A DNA stretch of 64,000 nucleotides from a virus (taxonomy: Duplodnaviria; Caudoviricetes), in the IMG/VR virus record IMGVR_UViG_3300042363_000275, positions 10,862 through 74,861 of that record; one strand, written 5' to 3'. Below are positions 34,012 through 42,924 of this stretch, piece after piece. How positions within the stretch are numbered: position 1 is the stretch's first letter; every line of letters starts with the position of its first letter. The translations under genes were made by a program, and so were the position numbers. The notes beneath the pieces are model-generated. The model made no database searches. It was given only the letters and a program-made list of their open reading frames with translations, and was not told the origin of the DNA.

Positions 34012-36192
34012 TTATACTTGTGTTGTTACTGCAATTACATCCCAACGAGTGTCAGCAGAATTATATATGCAACCAATATATGACATTTTATTTGCTGTTG
34101 TTGATGTAGGCAATACTGTACCAATAACAGTATATGTTGAATTCCAAGTCAATGCGCGGTTTGTTCCATTGTCGAGCAATCTAATTGTGAGTTTATTTCC
34201 ATCGACTGGAACACCCACTGGCGCATTAATTGTTAACGCTTGTGCCAATGCTGTAATATTGTACTGGTCACCAACTGCGACATTAGGTGTTATTGAAGCT
34301 GCATCTGCAACAGAGATAACACGAGGATTGACGCGAGTAGAATCAACAACAACAAACTTTCCATTTCCAGCAACATCTAGTGTCGCTGTTGGGGTTGATG
34401 TTCCAATACCAATGCTAGTATTGGTATCAAAGATTAAACTATTCCCTAATGTTGTTGCACCAATATATTTTGCTATATTGTTAGTTGTACCACTAGAAAC
34501 ACCAGCACCACTTGCGCCTTGAACGCCTTGTGCTCCAACTTCACCTTGAACACCCTGCGCGCCTATTGCTCCTTGAACGCCACTTGCTCCTTGAACACCA
34601 GCAGCACCCTGCGCACCGACTGCTCCCTGAACACCTTGCGCGCCGACTACTCCCTGCGCGCCTATCTCGCCTTGAACACCTTGAGCACCAGTTGCGCCTT
34701 GTGCTCCGACTGCTCCCTGAGCACCAACAAAACCTTGTGCTCCAGTAGCACCTTGTGCACCAACATCACCCTGAGCACCAGTTACGCCTTGTGCTCCAGC
34801 AACACCTTGTGCGCCAACAGCACCCTGAATACCTTGTGGTCCTTGTGTTCCAGTATCACCCTTGTCACCAGTACGAACAAATGTCATAATAACATTAGTG
34901 CTGTTTGGGAAATTTGATTCAGTTAATGTTGTATTCAATCCAGCAACAGGAACAACGAACCAGTCAGCAACATGAAGATGAGTACCGTTAATATTGAAGA
35001 ATGTGTATTCTAGAACATTTGCAGAATTTGCAATCTTGAATGTGCCTTTGATTGTCGACGTCGAGTCATCGATTGTATTCAAGTAATTGAAAACATTTCC
35101 ACTTAAACGATCGATGTTATCAATATACATCTCAGTCGCAGATAGCAATGTTGTATTGTTAAACTTAACAAAGCCAGCCGTTGGATCTGTGTTTGCTGTA
35201 TTGGTGTTGAAAACATATTCGAATGTTGCGCCACCAAATTCGCCAGTGGCACCTTGTACACCCTGTGCACCTTGAATGCCCTGCGCTCCAGTTCCTGTCG
35301 CGCCTTGAACACCTTGAGCACCTTGGACGCCTTGAGCACCAGCAGCACCCTGTGCTCCAGTTCCTGTCGCACCTTGAACACCTTGAGCACCTTGGACACC
35401 TTGAGATCCTGTCGCGCCTTGAACACCAGCTGCTCCCTGTGCGCCGACTGCTCCTTGAACACCCTGAGCACCAGCTGCTCCCTGTGCGCCTACAGCACCC
35501 TGTGCGCCAACAGCACCTTGTGCACCTTGGATGCCCTGCGCTCCAGCTGCTCCTTGGGCACCTACATCACCTTGCGCTCCAGTTCCTGCTGCACCCTGAA
35601 CACCCTGGAATCCTTGCGATCCAGCGGCACCTTGAGCGCCTTGAGCACCAGTTCCTGCTGCACCCTGAACACCTTGTGCTCCAGCAATACCTTGATGCCC
35701 CTGAGAACCTTCACCACCATCATTACCTTGCGCGCCTTGAACACCTTGAGCACCTTGAGCACCTTGAGCACCTTGAGCACCAGCTGCGCCTTGGAATCCT
35801 TGTACGCCAGTTGCACCTTGCACGCCCTGAGCACCTTGAACACCAGCTGCGCCTTGTGCGCCTACATCACCTTGAGCACCGATAACACCTTGAGCGCCCT
35901 GAAATCCTTGAACGCCAGTAGCACCTTGAGCGCCTTGTCGACCTTGCGCGCCTTGAAAACCTTGGTGTCCCTGATAGCCTTGGTATCCTTGATAACCTTG
36001 CGAACCGAAGGCACCATTACCAGAGATTAACGATGTCCAGTTAAGAAACCCTTGTCCATCTGTGGTTAATACTTGACCATTAGTGCCATCTACACTCGGC
36101 AGAATAAATGTGGCGCCACCAGCATTTTCGGAAACAGTTAATGTTACCTGACCAGTATTTGCACCTTCTAGAATAAGACTTGCGCTAGACAT
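34012..36192 (-). CDS. collagen-like triple-helix fibre protein
   Basis: Two long (G-X-Q)n blocks (GAQ/GVQ/GFQ) flank a globular insert, with a C-terminal globular domain. Confidence 0.9.
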   Translation of the reverse strand: MSSASLILEGANTGQVTLTVSENAGGATFILPSVDGTNGQVLTTDGQGFLNWTSLISGNGAFGSQGYQGYQGYQGHQGFQGAQGRQGAQGATGVQGFQGAQGVIGAQGDVGAQGAAGVQGAQGVQGATGVQGFQGAAGAQGAQGAQGAQGVQGAQGNDGGEGSQGHQGIAGAQGVQGAAGTGAQGAQGAAGSQGFQGVQGAAGTGAQGDVGAQGAAGAQGIQGAQGAVGAQGAVGAQGAAGAQGVQGAVGAQGAAGVQGATGSQGVQGAQGVQGATGTGAQGAAGAQGVQGAQGVQGATGTGAQGIQGAQGVQGATGEFGGATFEYVFNTNTANTDPTAGFVKFNNTTLLSATEMYIDNIDRLSGNVFNYLNTIDDSTSTIKGTFKIANSANVLEYTFFNINGTHLHVADWFVVPVAGLNTTLTESNFPNSTNVIMTFVRTGDKGDTGTQGPQGIQGAVGAQGVAGAQGVTGAQGDVGAQGATGAQGFVGAQGAVGAQGATGAQGVQGEIGAQGVVGAQGVQGAVGAQGAAGVQGASGVQGAIGAQGVQGEVGAQGVQGASGAGVSSGTTNNIAKYIGATTLGNSLIFDTNTSIGIGTSTPTATLDVAGNGKFVVVDSTRVNPRVISVADAASITPNVAVGDQYNITALAQALTINAPVGVPVDGNKLTIRLLDNGTNRALTWNSTYTVIGTVLPTSTTANKMSYIGCIYNSADTRWDVIAVTTQV

Positions 36193-36204
36193 TGAGTATT
36201 CCTA

Positions 36205-37137
36205 TTATGCCAAAATTTTCCACTTCGAAGTTTTAGGTATTTTAAACACCACCGACCTATTTAGTTTTATGGGACCAGTGCTTGTGGCGTTTTTATTTGT
36301 TGATACTGTATAACTTTGTTTGACCGCATTTTCGTTCTCGTCAATAGGTGCTGCAGCTGTTCTAAATGATTCAGTAGAGATAGTTACTGGTGGAGTATTT
36401 GATTCTTCAGATGTTTGCCCAATAATTAACCCACCACCAGAAGTATCAGCACTAATCGTTGTTCCACCAAGAGTAATTGTATTACCACTCAAGAATAGAT
36501 CTTTAAATCTTCTATCAGGAGAACCAAGGCTAAACACTTCATCTAGATCAGGAATGATATCGCGTTTCGCAATAAGATCATCCAGGTCACTCATTCTAAC
36601 AGCACCGCCACCGCCTCCTGTGGCTATACTATTATTAAACCTTTTTTGTAGCATGTCAAGTTTTTTCTGTAAATTCTCAAACTCTTTTTGTAGAAGTACA
36701 GATTTATCTTCTTCTTCAGCTACAGCCTCAACTATTTTTGGAACATCAACAATTGGTTCGCTTTTGCTCTTAGACAACTCACGAATCATGTAGATTAATG
36801 ATTCTTCTTCTAACTCATAAAGTTCCATAATATCGATGTCTGTGGTCATCTCCTCGATAACATCGATAAGATCTTCCTTGGATAGACTTTCCAGTGCCTT
36901 CGTTAGCCTTGGATTAGAATCCGTTTTAAGAATCTTGACTGGAGATTCAATGACAGGTTGAACAATAGGTTCAACTGCCATCTGCACTTCAATCTTTGGC
37001 TGCTGGATCTGTTCTTTGAAGAATGCCTTACTTAATTCTTCTTCTCTTTTGATAGATTCAAGAAGTGCTAGGTCAACAGGCTGACCAAAAAGGCGCATCA
37101 TCTTGACTAGGAGTTTCTTCTCCTCCAGCGTTTTCAT
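36205..37137 (-). CDS. hypothetical protein, probable fibre-associated
   Basis: ORF track. C-terminal DIIPD...FSLGSP.RRFKDLFLSGNTI motif common in phage tail proteins. Confidence 0.6.
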   Translation of the reverse strand: MKTLEEKKLLVKMMRLFGQPVDLALLESIKREEELSKAFFKEQIQQPKIEVQMAVEPIVQPVIESPVKILKTDSNPRLTKALESLSKEDLIDVIEEMTTDIDIMELYELEEESLIYMIRELSKSKSEPIVDVPKIVEAVAEEEDKSVLLQKEFENLQKKLDMLQKRFNNSIATGGGGGAVRMSDLDDLIAKRDIIPDLDEVFSLGSPDRRFKDLFLSGNTITLGGTTISADTSGGGLIIGQTSEESNTPPVTISTESFRTAAAPIDENENAVKQSYTVSTNKNATSTGPIKLNRSVVFKIPKTSKWKILA

Positions 37138-37141
37138 ATTC

Positions 37142-38290
37142 TTAAGAAACTAATCCAGGCTTGTATACAGTTTTTCCGTTTACAGTTACTGCTGTGAGTA
37201 ATTGCTTGCGATTTGTACCCTTAGAAGTATACGATGCATGTACCCATCCAGAATTAGGACCTTCTTTCGGGTCATAAAATTCTAGAATAACCTGATCGAA
37301 ATCGCAGTTTTGACTTACCCATTTAGCAAGTTCTGGGTTGGCTAATCCGTCGATTTCAAAGTCGACAGCCTCGCCGTTGCAATGCTGAGACTTACTAGAC
37401 CCACCAACAGCAGAATTAAGGGCAGGACCACGATACCCAGAATTAATGCGGACAGGCTTGCCAAAATGTTTACGAACAGGCTCAAGGATTTTTTCACAGA
37501 CAATTTTAAGGTTTTGCGCATGTTCAGGTCCAGGTGTGTTATCAATGCGTTTGCGAATAGCAGTTTCTGACTTGGTAAACTCTTTAAGATTGAAGTGCTC
37601 AGACAACTGCATATCTGCTGTAACTGCAGCAGGAGCTGCTTTTGGTGCAGTCACTACTGCTGGTGCAGGAGTTGCACTAGTTGCCCAGCCAATATACTTC
37701 TTTGTCTTTTCAGAGCGATCGGCTAGACCATGTGTTCCACCGTTAATCTTTTTGGTGATGGATAAAATAGCAGCATCAGTCACGCCTTGATCACAGATTG
37801 CCCAGAGTTTATTGCGCTCAAAGAAAAACATTGCTGATTCGAATGCTAGTTCTGTAGCAACAAGATCTGGGTTAGACATTACATCTGGACGCTTGCAGTA
37901 ATCAGCAAAGGCTTTGTAGTTATCCTTACCTGTTAATTGTAATGCTCCGCGACCGCGATATCTCCAACCATCACCCGAGGATTCTGGTCCATTGCCCATA
38001 CGAGACGCATACACGCGGTTAGCAATCTTTTCTGGCTTGCGCTCATACTGTGAAGCAATAGCATCTGATGGGAAATACTTCCCAAAGATTCCTCGAAGAC
38101 CCTTTGTAGAGTAATTCAAGTTTTCTGAGAATGCCTTAAACCCACCTGTTTCGTGTGCTGTTTGAGCAAAAAAGTGAGCAGCACGAACAGGTGTTAGTTT
38201 GTAGTAAGCCATTGCTGCTTTAAAGGTTCCTGCTCCCCAGGAACCATCAGCAGAAATACCAATCTTAGTCTGTAGATTCTTAAGACTCAT
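37142..38290 (-). CDS. dual-domain endolysin: GH19 glycoside hydrolase + peptidase M15A
   Basis: HFFAQTAHETGGF...ENLNYS...YRGRGALQLTGKDNY, then an Ala/Pro linker, then SEHFNL.EF...INSGYR...SQHCNGEAVD...WVH. Confidence 0.88.
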   Translation of the reverse strand: MSLKNLQTKIGISADGSWGAGTFKAAMAYYKLTPVRAAHFFAQTAHETGGFKAFSENLNYSTKGLRGIFGKYFPSDAIASQYERKPEKIANRVYASRMGNGPESSGDGWRYRGRGALQLTGKDNYKAFADYCKRPDVMSNPDLVATELAFESAMFFFERNKLWAICDQGVTDAAILSITKKINGGTHGLADRSEKTKKYIGWATSATPAPAVVTAPKAAPAAVTADMQLSEHFNLKEFTKSETAIRKRIDNTPGPEHAQNLKIVCEKILEPVRKHFGKPVRINSGYRGPALNSAVGGSSKSQHCNGEAVDFEIDGLANPELAKWVSQNCDFDQVILEFYDPKEGPNSGWVHASYTSKGTNRKQLLTAVTVNGKTVYKPGLVS

Positions 38291-38298
38291 GTTTCACC

Positions 38299-38631
38299 TC
38301 AGGCGATATGATCGTCGATTTCTTCAACTGCGTCTTGAACAGTTTCTTGTAATGGTGACTCTGGTGTTGGATCGGCTGGCTTGTCTTTCTTATCTTCGCC
38401 AAGTTTAGCAATCTGCATTCCACCGAGTAGACCAACGAACGCACCGATTACGGTGTTAAATGCTGGTCCGATGATTGCAAAGATATCCTTGTTATCTACC
38501 TGCTCATTAGGTAAGAAAATGCCAACCATGAGAATAAGAACAACAATAAGCACAATACTTGCTAGTGTACCGACTGTTACCTTTAAAATCCAATTCTTTA
38601 AACCTTGTTCAGCTGTTTGTAGTAAATCCAT
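38299..38631 (-). CDS. two-TM membrane protein, holin candidate
   Basis: Two hydrophobic helices and a charged tail, immediately upstream of the endolysin. Confidence 0.5.
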   Translation of the reverse strand: MDLLQTAEQGLKNWILKVTVGTLASIVLIVVLILMVGIFLPNEQVDNKDIFAIIGPAFNTVIGAFVGLLGGMQIAKLGEDKKDKPADPTPESPLQETVQDAVEEIDDHIA

Positions 38632-38636
38632 TGTAA

Positions 38637-38987
38637 TTACCTCTTACCGTATTTTAAATATACCATGGCGCCAGTCAATTCATCCTCGAGGATGATCGGC
38701 GCATCCCTATTTTCTTTCGCGTATTGACGAATGGCTTCGCCAATCTCATCACGACCAACATAACTAGAGTAATGTTCAAATTTCTTTTTGCCTAGTTTTG
38801 CTTTATTAAATGCGTCTGAAGAAACAACGAATACTTCTTTACCAGCAAATTTTTTGCGGCGAAGCATGCTTCCTTTAGTCGTAACACCCTTTGGTACTGG
38901 TGGCGTGTCTGGTTCTAATCCAGCAATCTGCCCACTGCCAACAGTGTTAACAATTGTTTCTTCTTTGATTTGCTTTAATCTTTTCAT
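38637..38987 (-). CDS. conserved T4-like hypothetical protein
   Basis: ORF track. Confidence 0.6.
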   Translation of the reverse strand: MKRLKQIKEETIVNTVGSGQIAGLEPDTPPVPKGVTTKGSMLRRKKFAGKEVFVVSSDAFNKAKLGKKKFEHYSSYVGRDEIGEAIRQYAKENRDAPIILEDELTGAMVYLKYGKR

Positions 38988-39376
38988 TAGATGTTTCTTA
39001 ATATGCTGACCAGTCTGCCGTCTAATTGAATATCGCTCGATCGAATATCTTTACCATCGATGCCCTTAATTATATTTGGCATAGCTGAAGTGAACACTAG
39101 AAAAGTCTTTAATGCGCTATAATCGCTTTCGCTAATACGCAAAAATAATATTCTTGTGCTCGCCTCTACACCAAATACATTCTGGCACAATATAAGATGG
39201 TTTAACAGTAACCTTTCTTTTATCTCTCCAGTCAAACGATAACGGTGAAGTAATCGTTTAATATATCTAAATGTTTTGTAATCGTCATCGAATTCACTTT
39301 GTATGCAGTTAGGCTTATCATAGCACTTGGCTGCATATAACAAAACATTGGACTCATTCAATTCATCAAAAAGCAT
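38987..39376 (-). CDS. conserved T4-like hypothetical protein
   Basis: LYAAKCYDKPNC...EFDDD.K.F.YIKRLL pattern. Confidence 0.65.
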   Translation of the reverse strand: MLFDELNESNVLLYAAKCYDKPNCIQSEFDDDYKTFRYIKRLLHRYRLTGEIKERLLLNHLILCQNVFGVEASTRILFLRISESDYSALKTFLVFTSAMPNIIKGIDGKDIRSSDIQLDGRLVSILRNI

Positions 39377-39379
39377 AGA

Positions 39380-39850
39380 TTAATATTCGTTCGTGTTACC
39401 TGCATCATCATCGCGCTTACGATACCAGTCTGAATGTCTTACTGGCATCTCTTCGCGATCCCCGAGAACTTCCTCGGAGTCCATATTTAATAGATCTTCC
39501 AGCTCGTCGTTTGATACGACTTGAGCATAACCGTCAACGAATCCATCTTCTCCAGTGTCATAAACGACATAGAGATGATAGTCTGATTCGCCTAGCATAT
39601 AAACTAGTTCGGCACCAAGATCTAAAAAGTTATTGGTTGCAGACTGCGGTAGCGGGAAACCAAATTTTTCTGTAACACCACGCAATTGGTTTAAAAAGAT
39701 AGGTGCATTTTGATATGGTTTTTCAGTCAACGCATCAAGTTCACTGTTGATCTGATCTAAATTTTCTTCTAGATAACGCGCATCGATCTGAATAACATCA
39801 TCAAATGCTTCGTTTAAAAAGTCATTGAATGTTTGCATCTTTCTCACCAT
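39380..39850 (-). CDS. acidic hypothetical protein
   Basis: ORF track. Confidence 0.6.
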   Translation of the reverse strand: MVRKMQTFNDFLNEAFDDVIQIDARYLEENLDQINSELDALTEKPYQNAPIFLNQLRGVTEKFGFPLPQSATNNFLDLGAELVYMLGESDYHLYVVYDTGEDGFVDGYAQVVSNDELEDLLNMDSEEVLGDREEMPVRHSDWYRKRDDDAGNTNEY

Positions 39851-40268
39851 TTAATTGTGGCTTCATGTCTATCTTATTTTTCTTGCCTTTAGCAAATTTA
39901 ATTGCTTTGAGTGCAACATCGGCTTCTTTTTGTTTCTTTCGTTCGTAATCGGCAGCTGCACTTCCTGCTTGTTTTGTATTTTTTCGATTTGCTCTGGCTT
40001 CCAGATCAAATTTTTGCTGAGCAGCTTTTACATATGGCTTCATTTCTTCGTTCATCTCGCCTTCCATATAATTAGCTGCTGTAAGGATATAATCCTCAGC
40101 AAGTGTAATCTTGCTTTGAACCCACTCAGGTAAATTTGAGTCAGGCTTCAACATGTCATGAAGACGCTTTGCGTTGGCTAGAATGCTGCGAAGCTGAGAC
40201 TTCGCCATGTCGCCTTCGTAATCGTATTCACCTTTATCTTCAGCGGATCGTTCAATTGCGTCTGTCAT
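39822..40268 (-). CDS. conserved hypothetical protein, possible internal head protein
   Basis: EGDMAKSQL...LPEWVQSKITLAEDYI motif. Confidence 0.6.
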   Translation of the reverse strand: MTDAIERSAEDKGEYDYEGDMAKSQLRSILANAKRLHDMLKPDSNLPEWVQSKITLAEDYILTAANYMEGEMNEEMKPYVKAAQQKFDLEARANRKNTKQAGSAAADYERKKQKEADVALKAIKFAKGKKNKIDMKPQLNGEKDANIQ

Positions 40269-40269
40269 T

Positions 40270-42651
40270 TTATTTACCCATCTTTTTTGCAGCGGCTGAC
40301 TTTAAGCGAGCCTTGAGCACATCACCGAAAGTAATTTTGGTCTTATCGCCGTGATGCGCAGCGAGCGACTTTTCCTTTGGAGTTACAGCAACTTTACCTT
40401 CGGCTTCTTCTTTCGCAAGACTCTTTAGGTTGCCCTTAACATCTTGTTTTGAATAGTCGCCACCAGATAGTTTTGATATGCGGCGAGCATACTTATTCGT
40501 CACAGCAGCGTCACGGCGTGTAGTTCCTACAGATGCTTTAACATCTTTAGCGCGAGGTGTGAGTGCTTGCTGAGTAGCAACAAAACTATTGCGAGCATTT
40601 ACTTCATCCACCTGTTCGACTTCTTCTTTCATTGCCTTCATTTTATCAAGTTTGAGTCCAGCCAAATAGCGTCCACCGCCATCGTTTGGCGACATTTTAC
40701 TGATTTTTCTTTCTAGTTCTTTTATTTCTTTATCGCGATTGATTGAATCCAAATAGCGTCCACCATAATCGTCTGTTTTTGTTTTATTTCGATTAACTTC
40801 ATCCACCTGCTCGGTTTCTTCGTTTGTTCCACGCTTTTTCGCGTAGTAAGCACCTAGAGCCTGTTGAATACGCTCTTTCTTGCTCTTCCCAGCAAACTTT
40901 GGATTGTCTGACTTGACGAAATCGCTAATCCACTTTGATGCTGGATCAGCAGCTGTTAGTTTTTCTTCGATGTACTTCATAGTGGATTCCTCGGTTTCTT
41001 CTTTCTTTAGTTTTGTCATAACTTCTGATGGGGACATTTTACCAGATGCAAGTTTATTTTGCATTCTTTCGGTGTCTTTTTGCTTCAATAAATCTAGCCC
41101 ACGCTGACGGCTCAATGCACTTCTTTGTTGTTCTTGATCAAATGCACGACCCAACTTTTCTGCTGCACTCATACGGCGACGAGCCTCATCCATCTGCTCG
41201 ACTTCTTCTTGAACTTTGACAAGTTTAATGTCTTTGTACTTACGGCTCTTTGTCATTTTATAATGCGTGCTTAGAGCATCAGCCTTTTTAGGATGCACTT
41301 TTGATCTAAAGGTTTCTTTATCTTTTGTGGTTCCGACAACCTGATAGCCAGCCTCATCAATCGTAGGACCATCAAGTTCAACGCTATCACCAACATATCT
41401 ACGTCCTGGTTCATATACAGGAAATGGTTTTGCTGGTTGAGATGCATTGAACTTTTTAGTCAATTGTTTTTGAGCAAATTTTCGTGCTGCATTAGTGTTT
41501 TGAAGTTTTCTAAGTGGATTTGGGTCACCAGCTTTGTCCGCAGCTAGAGCAGAATCGACGGATTTCATCGTAAGTGGTCTTTTTTCTCTACTCACTTTGA
41601 GATACTTTTTGTAATCAATTTCATCAATTTGCTCGACTTCTTCTGCAACTGTTGGTTTTACAAATGGCTTTACATGAACAACTTCATAGTGTTTGGCCAT
41701 GCTGCTACCAAATATTTTGGCAAACTTGCCGTGAGCACCTTTTTTGCTATCTGAGTTAACTGGAACTTCAAAGTGATCTTTTACATCCGATGGAGCACTT
41801 TTTTTTGGTCTTAGATAGGCAACATGCGAGTTCATTAATCTGCCTCTGCCTTGCTCGACTTCTTCTTTCATTCTATTGATATATGATTTGAATTTGTCGG
41901 CAACAGTATCCCCTTTATGTCTGCTTATGTTGACAGGCTTGCCATGCAAACTACCACGGACTGTGTCGTCTTCCTTGTCATGTTCTAGCCAGCCAACTTC
42001 TTTATTCTTAACAGAGATACTAAAGTGTCGCATCTTTGGGTTTGCTTCTGAATTTTTGAATACAGGAGATTCTTTAGGTTCAATTTTATACCTACGAGCT
42101 TCATCCATCTGCTCGACTTCTTCTTTCTTCAATCCTGCCTTCATTGCCCTGCGAGCAAGAGCGCGAACATAGCGATACCCTTCTGGTTGCTTTCCTGCTG
42201 GCATCTTTGGCTTTGTTTTTACTGGACCACCAAGAGCTGCTTCAGCTTCTTTCTTGGTGACTTCGTCGATTTGCTCGGCTTCTTCGTTAGTGTAACGAAC
42301 TAGAGCAACCTTTGGATTATATCCTGCTTTGATGCCCTTGATGATTTCCTTTGCGCTGCTTTGACCGACACCAGCCATTGAACTGCTGCCACCAGATCCA
42401 CCAGCGCCAATTGGTTGGCGACCACCTTTTTCGTAGTACGCTTTTTGGCGCGCAGCATTCATTGCACGAATAGATTGTGGCGCAGCTGTCATCTGCTTTC
42501 TAGGTGCAGGAGCGACAACTCGTTTCGCAGCAGCTGCAGATCTACCGCCTTCGACTTCTGAAGGCATCGTCATGTTATTCTTTTTATACCATGCCTTTTG
42601 AGCAGCCTTTGACATCTTATGCAATAATGCTGGAACTTTTACGTCTGCCAT
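40270..42651 (-). CDS. basic modular protein with repeated EEVEQxDE linkers (putative internal head polyprotein)
   Basis: Seven EE(V/A/T)EQ linkers, six of them ending xDE, separate Lys/Arg-rich modules. Confidence 0.7.
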   Translation of the reverse strand: MADVKVPALLHKMSKAAQKAWYKKNNMTMPSEVEGGRSAAAAKRVVAPAPRKQMTAAPQSIRAMNAARQKAYYEKGGRQPIGAGGSGGSSSMAGVGQSSAKEIIKGIKAGYNPKVALVRYTNEEAEQIDEVTKKEAEAALGGPVKTKPKMPAGKQPEGYRYVRALARRAMKAGLKKEEVEQMDEARRYKIEPKESPVFKNSEANPKMRHFSISVKNKEVGWLEHDKEDDTVRGSLHGKPVNISRHKGDTVADKFKSYINRMKEEVEQGRGRLMNSHVAYLRPKKSAPSDVKDHFEVPVNSDSKKGAHGKFAKIFGSSMAKHYEVVHVKPFVKPTVAEEVEQIDEIDYKKYLKVSREKRPLTMKSVDSALAADKAGDPNPLRKLQNTNAARKFAQKQLTKKFNASQPAKPFPVYEPGRRYVGDSVELDGPTIDEAGYQVVGTTKDKETFRSKVHPKKADALSTHYKMTKSRKYKDIKLVKVQEEVEQMDEARRRMSAAEKLGRAFDQEQQRSALSRQRGLDLLKQKDTERMQNKLASGKMSPSEVMTKLKKEETEESTMKYIEEKLTAADPASKWISDFVKSDNPKFAGKSKKERIQQALGAYYAKKRGTNEETEQVDEVNRNKTKTDDYGGRYLDSINRDKEIKELERKISKMSPNDGGGRYLAGLKLDKMKAMKEEVEQVDEVNARNSFVATQQALTPRAKDVKASVGTTRRDAAVTNKYARRISKLSGGDYSKQDVKGNLKSLAKEEAEGKVAVTPKEKSLAAHHGDKTKITFGDVLKARLKSAAAKKMGK

Positions 42652-42924
42652 TTATGATTCCTCGATCTTTACTGTAAGATCATTTGTCCCACGTTTTATT
42701 CTATGAAAAGTTTTTGCGGGAATAAAAAACTTATCGCCTTTAATTAATGGTATTGGAAGTTTATTTTCTAATTGAACTTCCCAACCAGAACCTTCTATAA
42801 CCTCAATATATCTACCCTTTTCGTCACGATGCCAGACCAATTCTTCTGTTAAAACATCGTGTTTGAATGTACGCACAAAACTCGATTTATTTAGTTGTTC
42901 GTCAATATATGGCTTTACCACCAT
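42652..42924 (-). CDS. small cupin-like protein
   Basis: WHRD...IEV...GW..QL...P..L..GDKFFIPA.TFHRI. Confidence 0.6.
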   Translation of the reverse strand: MVVKPYIDEQLNKSSFVRTFKHDVLTEELVWHRDEKGRYIEVIEGSGWEVQLENKLPIPLIKGDKFFIPAKTFHRIKRGTNDLTVKIEES

